Notes: a model not told the origin generated them from the letters alone. A DNA stretch of 64,000 bases from Cenarchaeum sp. (GCA_965212015.1 OZ243037.1:1536001-1600000), one strand, 5' to 3'. Numbered from the stretch's first letter, positions 49,001 to 59,012 are shown. Made by a program: numbers and translations.

Positions 49001-49624
49001 GAATACCGCGCACTGACGGCGCTCAACGCAAAGGCGCCAGAGACATACCTTGAAGTCTCCAACAGGTACAGGTCAATGTCCACCAGAAAGAACTCGCTGG
49101 AAGAAGAGCGCAATTCCATCGTAAAGTTCATCGAGCTGATTGAAAAGGACAAGAGGCAGACGTTCCTTGACGCGTTTGACAAGGTGGACAAGGAGATCCG
49201 CCACGCGTTCTCCAAGATGACCGGGGGAAACGCCTGGCTTGAGCTGCAAAACGAGGACGACATATTCAATTCCGGAATATCGTACATGATCCAGTTCCAA
49301 AACAAGCCAAAGCGGGAGTCCACGTCCATCAGCGGCGGCGAAAAGACCCTGGCCGCGATAGTCTTTGTGCTTGCGCTTCAAAAGCTAAAGCCGTCCCCGT
49401 TTTACCTGTTCGACGAGGTCGACGCCCACCTTGATGCGCCAAACTCCGAAAGCCTCTCCAAGATACTCGAGGAGAGGGCAAAGGAGAGCCAGTTTATCAT
49501 GGTGTCGCTAAAGGACTCGATGGTGCAAAAGGCCAAGCTCATCTATGGCGTATACGGGAGAAACGGCGTATCGCACGTGGTGACCTATAAAAACAAGCAC
49601 CTGCCGTCCGTGGCCACAAGATAG
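46100..49624 (+). CDS. smc: Chromosome segregation protein SMC
   Basis: GFKSF, GPNGSGKS, coiled coils with hinge, SGGEK, FDEVDAHLD. Confidence 0.97.
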   Translation: MVHINKVEIFGFKSFGFKNTIVDFKQGLVSISGPNGSGKSNILDAIIFAMGENRPKTMRVDKLRSLLHDIEGSRRGPKLTRVSVHFDNSDRKIPVDSDAVEITRELDGGGDNTYFLNKKKTNRGHILDLLDMANAGLHQLNAVQQGTVTRISEFSPEEKREAIENLIGLSYFDEKKTESEKQLSDADRRLEIALATMDEIKKRIDELEEERNLKLRHDVLERELNRLNAISASGKLKVITRQKEEKDAELGSLSSETRELEERRGVIKAEIGAIEGEKSAFLDNVNEFNQAKLTIDTELSSEMRGFEEANTGILAAKKHIGQMESQIPRIKQDILDIRDAGGANAASIGKLRSELEKFDAQKQQAGEEIRGINSARDAVLKQQTDILKRKSSFDAKIKELTLQFNDSQLKLSQFRSAQSDIGGKLETNSSKHGDYEQDAAKLSKLHEELESVSANHQRSVSEIKSILSNLNAKKTKIQGDIEDLGMMLEKSSKAGNQYDAKIKMVKGMMHEDYSAAKLKQNAGELGIMGLVYELISWDKKYERAVLAVGSDWVKATVVQDFAALVSLAEYVRYKNLPKLKIIPLDAIPKLRLEPPNHKGVVGILSDYVKCDRKYAALKTFLFGSVVLVDSKESAHEISKSGYRAATLEGEFFESKATVVVIDINSKISKLTKIISMSTSVDGLLASITLLRKYMQRKKHSLAKLEAGIQGYRDRLQVSETGLATSSQACGDLRLQIRGKSRIQTDLAARLSILAKQREETSTKIAKQESLVSSLRERISLTRENYSDGELGRIAGELDMINSQKSQLEIKQADVLSDFQDKHSQIAELEARNIRDSTAIQNLNDDRDRLIAQKSETERRITDLEKTRGEKNQNLVRLRQKEQELISTSGTSVSKVNEFDGRLADLVDQEKALTKKIGQLERQTYSLSRDLQDLAQSRAEIQKMLAKFGYSGNVDDFDVEPILRALDAEYRALTALNAKAPETYLEVSNRYRSMSTRKNSLEEERNSIVKFIELIEKDKRQTFLDAFDKVDKEIRHAFSKMTGGNAWLELQNEDDIFNSGISYMIQFQNKPKRESTSISGGEKTLAAIVFVLALQKLKPSPFYLFDEVDAHLDAPNSESLSKILEERAKESQFIMVSLKDSMVQKAKLIYGVYGRNGVSHVVTYKNKHLPSVATR

Positions 49625-49666
49625 CATAAAGAAACAATTTTGAATACCCCCCGCGCTAAAACTGCC

Positions 49667-50236
49667 ATGGAGAGGGACATTGTAGACGACGTCAATGCGC
49701 TGCTAAAGCTCGGCGTGGGCGACATCTACCGCCTGGAGCATATAAAGCAGGCGTATATGGCCAACAAGACCATCTGGGACAGCGACGCCAAGTACATGGC
49801 GCACATGAAGAGCAAGTATCTCAAGCCGGATGCTGACGCACCGGAGGACGCAAAAGACGCAGAAGACGAGGAGATAATACACTGCTGGAAATGCGGCCAA
49901 AAAAACTCGCTAAAGGCCAACTTTTGCATGGTGTGCGGCGTCTCTTTGTTCGAGATAGACTCAAAGCCAGAGACGGAATCAAAGCAGACACACCGTGCCT
50001 CGCGCGGCATAAAGTCCCGGCTGAAAAAACCAATCCTGATTGCAATTCCCATCCTGATACTGCTGGCAGCGGGGGCCGCAATAGCCACGGGATCAGTTGA
50101 CGTCGGCCTGCCACAGTTTGGCTCTGGGGGGACCGTACCTGTGGTGGTACCTGATGACCCTACAGTAACACACTCAAAGTGCGGCACGGGCACCGTGTTT
50201 GATCCCGTTTCTAATACCTGCGCCCTTGCGCCCTAG
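49667..50236 (+). CDS. Zinc-ribbon membrane protein
   Basis: CWKCG..ANFCMVCG, one TM, C-terminal CGTGTVFD...C. Confidence 0.75.
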   Translation: MERDIVDDVNALLKLGVGDIYRLEHIKQAYMANKTIWDSDAKYMAHMKSKYLKPDADAPEDAKDAEDEEIIHCWKCGQKNSLKANFCMVCGVSLFEIDSKPETESKQTHRASRGIKSRLKKPILIAIPILILLAAGAAIATGSVDVGLPQFGSGGTVPVVVPDDPTVTHSKCGTGTVFDPVSNTCALAP

Positions 50237-51180
50237 TCGAGCTTGGCAAAGCACGCCGCCTGCCTTTTCGCATCGCCCTCCAGTTCCGGCTCTGTCTTGC
50301 ATTTTTCTATCGCATAGGGGCACCTTGCCCTGAACCTGCATCCCGCATACGCGTCGACGTCAAGCGGCTCGTTTATGCGAATCATCTTTTCCCTGTTGAG
50401 GTTTTCTGGGTCGGGTACGGAGATGGCGTCAATCAGGGCCTGCGTGTACGGGTGCCTCGGATGCAGCAGCACGTCGTCGACTGGTCCGATCTCCATGATC
50501 TTTCCGAGATACATGATTGCAATCCTCTTTCCGAAATACCTCGCAGTGGCAAGATCGTGTGTAATGTATATGAAGGATATTCCGTGTTTTTTTTGCAGCT
50601 CCGATAGGAGCTCCAGCATCTCTGCACGTATGGAGACGTCCAGCATCGATACTGGCTCGTCGGCAATTATTATCCTGGGATTCAGCGCCAGCGCCCTTGC
50701 CAGTACCACCCTCTGCCTCTGTCCGCCCGAAAGCACGTGCGGATACCTGCCTGCGATATCCTCGGCGGGCTCTAGCTTTACCTCCCTGAGCACCTCGATT
50801 ACCCTTTCTGCCCTGGATCTCTTGTCCCCCGCACCGTGGATGCCAAGCGGCTCGGCGACAATGTCGGAGACTTTCATCCTGGGGTTTATAGAGTCGTACG
50901 GATCCTGGTGGATCATCTGGCACTGCATTCTAAGACCCCTGGCGTCATCCACCCTGGCCCCGTCCAAAAACACGTCCCCGCGATCCGCCCTTGCCGACTT
51001 CATAATCAGCTTGGCCACAGTCGTTTTTCCGGATCCGGACTCGCCTGCCAGCACCAGTATGTCGTCCCTGTAGAGTGCAAACGACACCCCGTCCACGGCC
51101 CTTGTGGTTTTTTGCGCTCCAAACAGGCTCTTTTTTGTGTAATGCTTGACAAGTCCCTCGACGCGCAAGACTTTGTCCAA
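50233..51180 (-). CDS. Oligopeptide/dipeptide ABC transporter ATP-binding subunit
   Basis: GESGSGKT, LSGGQRQR, ADEP, HPYT, GCRF..RCP. Confidence 0.95.
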   Translation of the reverse strand: MDKVLRVEGLVKHYTKKSLFGAQKTTRAVDGVSFALYRDDILVLAGESGSGKTTVAKLIMKSARADRGDVFLDGARVDDARGLRMQCQMIHQDPYDSINPRMKVSDIVAEPLGIHGAGDKRSRAERVIEVLREVKLEPAEDIAGRYPHVLSGGQRQRVVLARALALNPRIIIADEPVSMLDVSIRAEMLELLSELQKKHGISFIYITHDLATARYFGKRIAIMYLGKIMEIGPVDDVLLHPRHPYTQALIDAISVPDPENLNREKMIRINEPLDVDAYAGCRFRARCPYAIEKCKTEPELEGDAKRQAACFAKLD

Positions 51181-51284
51181 TTACCGGACTATTCCGCACG
51201 GGTATATCAAGCTGCATCATGCGCCTGTGAAAAACCCGGCTTTTGGGATAAGGCATTTATGGGCTAAAATGCGGCTAACCATAC

Positions 51285-52310
51285 TTGAATCCCCGGGCCG
51301 TTCAGGAGATATCTGACTATGAGCACCACCTGATACATGACAGGCTGGACTATTTCAAGCCGCGCAGCGCCGCTAGCAGACAGACGTTTGCGCAGCAGGT
51401 CCGCAGCGGCCTGGGCGGCACGCCAAAGTCGTTAAGCCCGAAATTCTTTTATGACTGTAGGGGCTCGTCGCTTTTTGAGCAAATCTGCAGGCTGCCGGAA
51501 TACTATCTGACCCGGACTGAGATCAAAATCCTCGGCGGGCTGGGAGATGAGCTGGCGCCATACATCGCAGCAGACACGCGCCTGGTGGAGCTTGGCAGCG
51601 GCTCGTCGGTAAAGACCAGGCTAATCCTTGACGTCTTTGAGAGGATTCAGGGCAGGACGGAGTATTTTCCGATAGACGTCTCTGACATACTCGAGGACAG
51701 CTCCCGGCGGCTGCTAGGCGACTATGCAAACCTGCACGTTACTGGCATTATTGACACGTACGACAGGGGCCTGGAGTTTGTCAGGAATTTTGACGACGCC
51801 CCGAATTTGATCGCCTTTTTGGGATCCAGCTTTGGCAACTTTTCTGCCGGCGAGGGCGGCGCCTTTTTGAGGCTGCTCAACTCGTCGATGGGCGACTCTG
51901 ATCACTTTCTTGTGGGCCTTGACCTGCTAAAGGATGCGCGCCTTTTGGAGGATGCGTACGACGACTCGCGGGGGGTCACTGCAAAATTCAACCTCAACGT
52001 GCTCTCCAGGATAAACGGGGAGCTAGGCGGCAACTTTGATCTGGGAAAATTCTCGCACCATATAGTCTTTAACAGGGACATGCAGAGAATCGAGATGTAT
52101 CTGAGATCAAAGGAGGCCCAGTCGGCAAGGATTCCAAAGTCGGATCTGGAGGTGCACCTGTACGAAAACGAGCTGATTCACACGGAGCACTCGCACAAGT
52201 ATACCGTGCCGCAAATCCGCCGGATGCTGGGCGATTCGGGATTTGCAATAGACAGGATATGGCGTGATGACATGGCGCACTATGCGCTGGTGCTGTGCTC
52301 AAAGGCCTAG
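51285..52310 (+). CDS. egtD: L-histidine N(alpha)-methyltransferase
   Basis: PKFFYD..GS.LFEQI..LPEYY.TRTE, ELGSG, AYDD..GVTAKFN, IHTE.S.KY. Confidence 0.95.
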   Translation: MNPRAVQEISDYEHHLIHDRLDYFKPRSAASRQTFAQQVRSGLGGTPKSLSPKFFYDCRGSSLFEQICRLPEYYLTRTEIKILGGLGDELAPYIAADTRLVELGSGSSVKTRLILDVFERIQGRTEYFPIDVSDILEDSSRRLLGDYANLHVTGIIDTYDRGLEFVRNFDDAPNLIAFLGSSFGNFSAGEGGAFLRLLNSSMGDSDHFLVGLDLLKDARLLEDAYDDSRGVTAKFNLNVLSRINGELGGNFDLGKFSHHIVFNRDMQRIEMYLRSKEAQSARIPKSDLEVHLYENELIHTEHSHKYTVPQIRRMLGDSGFAIDRIWRDDMAHYALVLCSKA

Positions 52311-53617
52311 GCGTCCTGGGCGCACCTGAACCCGGCAAACATCCATCTCTCATCCAGCCTGAAAAAGTTCCTATAGCTTCCCCTGATTGACATTGCCGGG
52401 GTTCCAAACGAGCCGCCCCTTAGGACCTTCTGGCCTGTAAACCACTTGTCGTTGTACTCATCAAAGCCGGTCTTGAACTTTGGATATCCGGCAAACTCTG
52501 AGGACGTCCACTCCCACACGTCTCCGATCATCTGGTGGCACCCGCTCGGGCTCCTTCCCTCCGGATACGAGCCTGCCGGGGTGCACCCCCACTGGTATGA
52601 CTCTAAAAGGTTGGCAGTGCCGGCGTCTGGCATTTTGTCGCCCCACGGAAACAAGAGCTTTCTCTGCTTTTGCTCGCTCCACAGCGCGGCCTTTTCCCAC
52701 TCTGCCTCAGAAGGCAGCCTCCTTTCGGCCCACTTGCAGTATGCGCTGGCCTCGTAAAAGCTCACGTGGCACACCGGATCCTCCGGACTGATCCTCCTTT
52801 TTCCTGCAAAATCGGCCACAAACCACCGCCCGTCGGCCTTTTCCCAGTACATCGGCGACTCCCACAGGTTTTCCTTGAGCTTTTCCCATCCGTCGGCAAG
52901 CCAGAACTTGTAGTCGCCGTATCCGCCGTCGTCCATGAACTCCATGTACTGCCCGTTGGTGACTGGCAGCGAGTCTATCTTGTAGTCGTCAAGATACACC
53001 CTGTGTTCGGGCAGCTCAATGTCGTAGCAAAACCCGTCGCCGCCGTATCCCGCATGGTACAATCCGCCCCCGATTGCGATCTGGCGGTTTTTCACGTGTG
53101 GCTGTGCGGGCCGCCGGTTTTTTCTTGCGGGGGCATACCTGTCGCCGAGCATGTGCTGTAAATCATACACGAGCAGCTCCTGGTGCTGGCATTCGTGGTG
53201 GAACCCCGTCGTGATTAGCTTGTATTCGCGCGCGCCAATCCGGCGGGTCCCGATAAAATCCCTTACGCGCCTGTTGACTGCATCAAAGTATTCAAAGACC
53301 TGCTCTAGCGTGGGCCTGGACACCGTTCCCCTGCTTGCCTTGTCCTTTGGCACCCCGAACTGCTGATAGTACGAGTTGAGGTATTCTGAAAACTCTTTGG
53401 AGTAAAATTCGTAATCCCCGTCAATCTTGTACAGTATGGCCTCGTATATCCAGCTTACGTGGCCCAGGTGCCACTTTGGCGGGCTTGTGTACGATTCTGT
53501 CTGCGCCATAAAGTCGTCCTTTTCCAGGGTCCTTACCAGCTCGAGTGTCCTGTCTCGGGTGCACTCGAACTGTTCTAGGAGCGGTTTTTTTAGCTCCTGT
53601 CCCGGAATAACAATCAC
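52307..53617 (-). CDS. egtB: Ergothioneine biosynthesis sulfoxide synthase
   Basis: SPPKWHLGH, HHECQHQEL Fe motif, FGE-sulfatase domain (RLPSEAEWE, VWEW, LRGGS); GTG start inferred. Confidence 0.93.
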   Translation of the reverse strand: MIVIPGQELKKPLLEQFECTRDRTLELVRTLEKDDFMAQTESYTSPPKWHLGHVSWIYEAILYKIDGDYEFYSKEFSEYLNSYYQQFGVPKDKASRGTVSRPTLEQVFEYFDAVNRRVRDFIGTRRIGAREYKLITTGFHHECQHQELLVYDLQHMLGDRYAPARKNRRPAQPHVKNRQIAIGGGLYHAGYGGDGFCYDIELPEHRVYLDDYKIDSLPVTNGQYMEFMDDGGYGDYKFWLADGWEKLKENLWESPMYWEKADGRWFVADFAGKRRISPEDPVCHVSFYEASAYCKWAERRLPSEAEWEKAALWSEQKQRKLLFPWGDKMPDAGTANLLESYQWGCTPAGSYPEGRSPSGCHQMIGDVWEWTSSEFAGYPKFKTGFDEYNDKWFTGQKVLRGGSFGTPAMSIRGSYRNFFRLDERWMFAGFRCAQDA

Positions 53618-53657
53618 AGGCCATTTCCCGCATGCGGCATTATTATGTCTGTGGTGC

Positions 53658-55097
53658 CTAGTATCCCCTGGCAAACAGGGGTGCTGACTCTGAGGGCTTT
53701 TTGCAGACGATGCACGTGCCGGACCCTGCTCCGGAGGGTATGACCCTGATGTCGGCCCCTGTATCGCCCTTGATCTTTTCCTCGCAGCCTGAATCCCCGC
53801 ACCAGCCGGCCCTGACGAATCCGCCCTTTTTGAGCTCATTTACAAAGTCGGGGTACTGCTCGGCGTCTTTGGTATTCGCATCCAGGATCTTTTTTGCCGC
53901 GGCTAGCATCTTTTTTTGTATCGAGTCTAGCAGGCCTGATATGTGGGAATCTAGGCCATCAAACGAATGGCTTGACTTTTCCCTGTTGAACCTGGTCGCA
54001 ATGACGGTCTTTTTGTCTTGTATGTCCCTCGGGCCGATCTCGATTCTTATCGGCACGCCCCTTAGCTCCCAGTCGTGAAATTTAAAGCCCGGGGTCAGCT
54101 CCTGTCTTGAGTCCATGTGCGTCCTGATGCCGGATTCCAGCAGCTGCTCTTTTATCCTGCCTGCCTCGGACATTACTGCCTTTTTGTCGTCCATGGAATA
54201 GTAGATTGGAATTATGACGACCTGGACTGGGGCCACCTTTGGCGGCAGGACAAGCCCGCTGTCGTCTCCGTGCACCATGATCATGGCGCCTATCAGCCTC
54301 CACGAGACGCCCCACGACGTCTGCCATGAATGGTGCTCTATGTTTTTCTTGTCTACAAACTTTATCCCAAACGGCCTTGAAAAGTTCTGCCCGAGAAAGT
54401 GCGAGGTTCCCATCTGCAGCGCCTTTCCGTCTGGCATCATCGATTCCATGGTGCTGGTGTATACGGCCCCCACGAACTTTTCACTCTCGCTTTTCTTGCC
54501 GGTGATCACGGGGATTGCCAGCTCTTCTTCTACTGTCTTTTGGTATACCTTTAGAATCTCCTCTGTCTCGGCCCTGGCCTCCACCTCGTCTGCGTGGACC
54601 GTGTGGCCCTCCTGCCACAAAAACTCCGATGTCCTAAGAAACGGCTTTGTGCCCTTGATCTCCGCCCGCAGGGCGGTGTTCCAAAAATTGATCCGCAGCG
54701 GAAGATCACGCCAGCTTTTTATCCATTTTGCGTACAGCGAATAGGCCAGAGTCTCCGAAGTCGGCCTCAGGGCCAGCCTTTCGCCCATCTCGCCGTCGCC
54801 AGAATGCGTCACCCAGAACACCTCCGGATTAAACCCCGCAAAATGCTCCTTCTCCTTGCTCAAAAGGGATTCGGGAATCAGCACGGGCAGAAATCCGTTT
54901 CTGACGCCGCGCCTGGAAAACTTTTCATCAAGCGATCTTTTCAGCGACTCCCATATGGAATAGCCGTCGGGCCTCAGGACGATGAGTCCCTTGACTGGGG
55001 CATAGTCGGCAAGCTCTGCCTTGATGACTAGCTGCGTGTACCATTCGCTAAAATCATCCTTTTTTGATACGGTAATCCCAATGTCTTCCTTGCCCAA
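53658..55097 (-). CDS. proS: Proline--tRNA ligase (archaeal/eukaryotic type)
   Basis: FSEWY, LRPTSE, EFLWQEGHT, QTSWG.S.RLIG, C-terminal ARGY. Confidence 0.97.
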   Translation of the reverse strand: MGKEDIGITVSKKDDFSEWYTQLVIKAELADYAPVKGLIVLRPDGYSIWESLKRSLDEKFSRRGVRNGFLPVLIPESLLSKEKEHFAGFNPEVFWVTHSGDGEMGERLALRPTSETLAYSLYAKWIKSWRDLPLRINFWNTALRAEIKGTKPFLRTSEFLWQEGHTVHADEVEARAETEEILKVYQKTVEEELAIPVITGKKSESEKFVGAVYTSTMESMMPDGKALQMGTSHFLGQNFSRPFGIKFVDKKNIEHHSWQTSWGVSWRLIGAMIMVHGDDSGLVLPPKVAPVQVVIIPIYYSMDDKKAVMSEAGRIKEQLLESGIRTHMDSRQELTPGFKFHDWELRGVPIRIEIGPRDIQDKKTVIATRFNREKSSHSFDGLDSHISGLLDSIQKKMLAAAKKILDANTKDAEQYPDFVNELKKGGFVRAGWCGDSGCEEKIKGDTGADIRVIPSGAGSGTCIVCKKPSESAPLFARGY

Positions 55098-55250
55098 GCC
55101 GATTCTCGGTGGGAATTTTCATTAATGAGCTTTTTGATTGATCCCGCGCTGCCGGGGTTGCCCGGTGTTTTTTTGTATAATGCGTCCTGTCGAAATTCGC
55201 GCGATTCCGCAGGCTAACCTTAAAATAATTAGCTGCCAGTTGCCAAGTAA

Positions 55251-55940
55251 TTGCTTGCAATTTTTGATGTTGAGGGAGTTTTATTTGACGCAGAATACCT
55301 TCCGATCCTGGCAGAAAAACTGCACAAGGAAGACAGGATATGGGAGATTACAAAAAAAGGAATCCAGGGCGCGATAAACTGGGAGGAGGGACTCAAAACC
55401 AGAGTCGAGGAGCTAAGGGGCCTTGGGTACGATACGTGCAAAAGGGTGGCCGACGACCTGCCGATAATGACCGGCGCAAGGGAGGCGTGCGGGGCCCTCA
55501 AGGACGCCGGATGGAGGATCATGGCAGTATCTGGCGGCTTTACCATAATGACTGACAGGCTAAAGGAGGAACTTGGCCTTGATTACGTGTATTCCAATGA
55601 GCTGCTCTTCCGGGACGGAAGGCTCGACGGGGTGCAGATCAATGTGGATTCGGACAAGGCAAAGTCGGCGATAATGAAAATCCGCGAATGGGGCCAGAAA
55701 AAAGACGAGATCGTAGTAATTGTCGACGGGGCCAACGACATAAAGCTCTTTGACATATGCGGGCTGGGAATCGCCTTTAGGGCGCAAGACAAGGTCAAGG
55801 ATCTCGCCGACGTGACGCTGGACGAAAAGGATCTCTCAAAGATACTTGGAATAATCAACAAGCACTACGGCGTGGCCCTCGGGGCCCCGGCAAAGCTATC
55901 GGAACCCAGGCGCGAATTCTCGAATCCAAACATGCGCTAG
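55251..55940 (+). CDS. serB: Phosphoserine phosphatase (HAD)
   Basis: FDVEGVL, VSGGF, DGAND. Confidence 0.88.
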   Translation: MLAIFDVEGVLFDAEYLPILAEKLHKEDRIWEITKKGIQGAINWEEGLKTRVEELRGLGYDTCKRVADDLPIMTGAREACGALKDAGWRIMAVSGGFTIMTDRLKEELGLDYVYSNELLFRDGRLDGVQINVDSDKAKSAIMKIREWGQKKDEIVVIVDGANDIKLFDICGLGIAFRAQDKVKDLADVTLDEKDLSKILGIINKHYGVALGAPAKLSEPRREFSNPNMR

Positions 55941-56099
55941 AATGGTCCGGGTTGTACAGTCGGCAGTTTTGTAGATCCGGCGGGATATTTGTGGGAACCG
56001 GCCGGGGCTATGTGGGATGCGCAGCATCCGGCGCGCGCCATAATACGGGTGGAATCTGCCGGCGTAACTGATATTTCCTACCATATGGTACCACCAGTG

Positions 56100-56831
56100 A
56101 TGTCCCTTGAGATAATCCCGGTCCGAATATCGCGCGAAATAATCCAGGATGAGAAACTCGAGGATTTGATAAAATCCAAGGTAAAGCTGTGTGACGGCGA
56201 CATTGTAGTCGTTTCGCAAAAGATCATCTCCAAGCAGGAGGGCAGGATAATGAGGCTCTCGCTGGTCATTCCGTCCCTGCTGTCAGTCGGCATCGCGTCT
56301 GAATACCGCAAGGATCCAAGACTAGTCGAGGTGATACTCTCCGAGTCCAAGAGAATCGTCAGGATGCAAAACGGGGTGATCATAGTTGAGACAAACGGGG
56401 GGTTTGTCTGCGCCAATGCAGGCGTGGACCAGAGCAACCTTGATGACGATCTGGTGGCGCTGCTTCCGGAGGATCCCGACGCGTCTGCTGCGAGGCTGCG
56501 CGGCGCGATTCTAGAAAAGACCGGCAGGCAGGTGGCCGTGATAATATCGGACACCTTTGGCAGGCCGTTTAGGATGGGGCAGACTGACTGCGCGATAGGC
56601 GTCTCTGGAATCGACTCCATACTGGACTATGCGGGAACAACAGACACGTTTGGCAACACGCTGCGCGTCACTGCAATCGCCGTATCCGACGAGATGTGCG
56701 GTGCGGCAGAACTGGTCTGCAACAAGGCGACTAACACGCCGATAGCCGTGATTAGAAACTACAAGTTTTCTGCAGGCACCGGCAGCGCAAGGGACCTGCT
56801 GCGCCCCAAGGCCGTGGACTTGTTTCGATAA
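56100..56831 (+). CDS. cofE: Coenzyme F420-0:L-glutamate ligase
   Basis: SQKIISKQEG, CANAGVDQSN, DTFGRPFRMG, DLFR. Confidence 0.95.
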   Translation: MSLEIIPVRISREIIQDEKLEDLIKSKVKLCDGDIVVVSQKIISKQEGRIMRLSLVIPSLLSVGIASEYRKDPRLVEVILSESKRIVRMQNGVIIVETNGGFVCANAGVDQSNLDDDLVALLPEDPDASAARLRGAILEKTGRQVAVIISDTFGRPFRMGQTDCAIGVSGIDSILDYAGTTDTFGNTLRVTAIAVSDEMCGAAELVCNKATNTPIAVIRNYKFSAGTGSARDLLRPKAVDLFR

Positions 56832-57005
56832 GCCCGGGACGCCGCCGGATGCAAAAGGTGCGAGTGCCCTCGGCGCCGGACTTTTGCACGGCTGCAACAA
56901 TGTGCGCGGCTGGACGGATCGCATCCCCGAGTCCGAATTCCAAACCTGTTTCTGTACTGCCATAGCAATGCTTTTAATCTCAAATATTTTCCCTAGAGCG
57001 ATCCA

Positions 57006-58892
57006 ATGTCCACAAGGCACGCACCGCTTGTAAATTTTTCCCTGCGCCGGGAGATCTTTTTCGTCACTGCGGGATCCATAGCCGGCGGCATCGTGATGCA
57101 TCTTGTGATATTCGCCCTGGATCTTTTGGGAAGCGCCTCGTATCTTACGACCCTGCTTGTGGCCGCACGCGTGGTAGGCTCGCCTGTCCCAGTGGCGGGG
57201 CTGTTGCTGCACCTGTTCGTCTCGACTGTAATCGGAATCGTAACGGGAATATTCCTGCACAGGATGATAAAGTTCAACATATCCAAGATTGCCAGGGGGC
57301 TTGCCTATGGCGTAACTGCGGGAATAGTGGTGTTTGTCGTGTTTGCAATCCCCGTATACAACATACTGCTGGTACCCAACCTTGCACAGGTGCTAATGGA
57401 GTTTGATCCGCAAATGACATTCGGCGAGATCTCTGATGACATCAACGACGGCCTGCCCGTCACTCTGCTGTATTCGTTTTTGTACCATATAATATGGGGG
57501 CTGACCCTCGGCGCGACTAGCTCGCTGCTGACAAGAAGGGCCGGCGCCAACTATCGGTGCCACATATGCGACATCGAGTTCTCAAGGATTCGCACCTATG
57601 AGAGGCACCAGACGGTCCACCAGGATCCCCCGCCTGCAATGAAAAAGATTCTCATCCTGGGAGGGGGATACGCAGGCGTCAATGTACTCAACAAAATCCA
57701 AAAGAGCTTTGAAGGCGACATAAGCGTGGATATCCGGCTGGTCAGCGAGTCGAATTTTTTCCTGCATACGCCGATGCTGCCTGAGATGGCCACCGGCACG
57801 ATCGAGCCGCGCCACATAGCGACTCCGATCAGAAAGTTCTGCAAGCGCGCAAAGTTCCATCAGGCAAGGGCGGTGGGCATAGACCTAGAGTCAAGGCAGG
57901 TGACAATACAGAGGGACTCTGACGGAACCCGCAAAAACCTCCGGTATGACTATCTGGTCCTGGCAATGGGGGGCAGGACCAATTTCTTTGGAAACAAGAA
58001 CATTGAGGAGCACGCCATGACGATAAAGACCCTCGATGACGCCATACGCCTCAGAAACCACGTCATAAGCGCGCTGGAGGACGCAGATCAGGAGACGGAT
58101 CCCGCCATACAGTCGAGGCTAGTCACGTTTGTTATAGTGGGCGGCGGCTTTTCGGGAGTCGAGACGGCAGGCGAGCTAAACGACTTTATCAGAGAGTCAG
58201 TCGAAAAGTTCTACCGCAACATAGACCCCGATATGGTAAAGGTGGTCCTGGTGGCATCGGGAGAAAAGATCCTGCCGGAGATCGGAAGTCTCGGCGGATA
58301 TGCCAAAAGATCGCTGCAAAAAGCAGGCGTTACGATTCTTGTCAATACGAGGCTGGCAGACGCGTCGCCTGCCGGGGCGGTGCTAAGCGGCGGCGATGAA
58401 ATCCCCTGCGGCACGCTGGTCTGGGCCGGCGGCGTGGCAGTGGATGCCGTCATAGAAAAGCTGGACACAGAGCACCACAAGGGCGGCAGGATAATGGTAG
58501 ACGAGCACCTCCGGCTGAAAAACCACGGCGAGGTCTATGCCCTGGGCGACTGCGCCCTAGTCACCGATCCCAGGTCCGGCAAGCCGTATCCGCCCACCGC
58601 GCAGCATGCAATCCGGCAGGCAGGTACGGTGTCAGAAAACCTGATCAGCGCAGTCTGCGGCAGGCCGGTGCAGTCGTCGTTCGTGTATGACGCCAAGGGC
58701 TCGATGGCAAAGATTGGCAAAAAGGACGGCGTCGCGCTTTTAATGGGCCACGAGTTCAGCGGGTTTTTCGCGTGGTTTGTCTGGAAGCAGTACTATCTCT
58801 CCACGCTGCCCACGAACGAAAAGAAGATCCGGGTGGGGCTGGACTGGTTTGTAGACTTGTTCTTTCCCAAGGACATCACGCGGCTGTCCTAG
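57006..58892 (+). CDS. Type II NADH dehydrogenase-like flavoprotein with N-terminal TM domain and C2H2-type Zn finger
   Basis: About 4 TM helices, CHICDIEF...YERHQTVH, GGGYAG, GGGFSGVE.AGE, PPTAQHA.RQA. Confidence 0.9.
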   Translation: MSTRHAPLVNFSLRREIFFVTAGSIAGGIVMHLVIFALDLLGSASYLTTLLVAARVVGSPVPVAGLLLHLFVSTVIGIVTGIFLHRMIKFNISKIARGLAYGVTAGIVVFVVFAIPVYNILLVPNLAQVLMEFDPQMTFGEISDDINDGLPVTLLYSFLYHIIWGLTLGATSSLLTRRAGANYRCHICDIEFSRIRTYERHQTVHQDPPPAMKKILILGGGYAGVNVLNKIQKSFEGDISVDIRLVSESNFFLHTPMLPEMATGTIEPRHIATPIRKFCKRAKFHQARAVGIDLESRQVTIQRDSDGTRKNLRYDYLVLAMGGRTNFFGNKNIEEHAMTIKTLDDAIRLRNHVISALEDADQETDPAIQSRLVTFVIVGGGFSGVETAGELNDFIRESVEKFYRNIDPDMVKVVLVASGEKILPEIGSLGGYAKRSLQKAGVTILVNTRLADASPAGAVLSGGDEIPCGTLVWAGGVAVDAVIEKLDTEHHKGGRIMVDEHLRLKNHGEVYALGDCALVTDPRSGKPYPPTAQHAIRQAGTVSENLISAVCGRPVQSSFVYDAKGSMAKIGKKDGVALLMGHEFSGFFAWFVWKQYYLSTLPTNEKKIRVGLDWFVDLFFPKDITRLS

Positions 58893-58936
58893 AACGGTAT
58901 GGTGTGAGACGGCGTGTTTTTTGGAATGCAAAGACA

Positions 58937-59012
58937 TGCTCCCGCCGGGATTTGAACCCGGGATCACTGCCTTGAGAGGGCAGTATGCTTAGCCGGACTA
59001 CACCACAGGAGC
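58937..59012 (-). tRNA. tRNA-Glu(CTC)
   Basis: GCTCCTG acceptor, anticodon arm CTGCC-CTCTCAA-GGCAG, GGTTCAAATCC. Confidence 0.95.
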
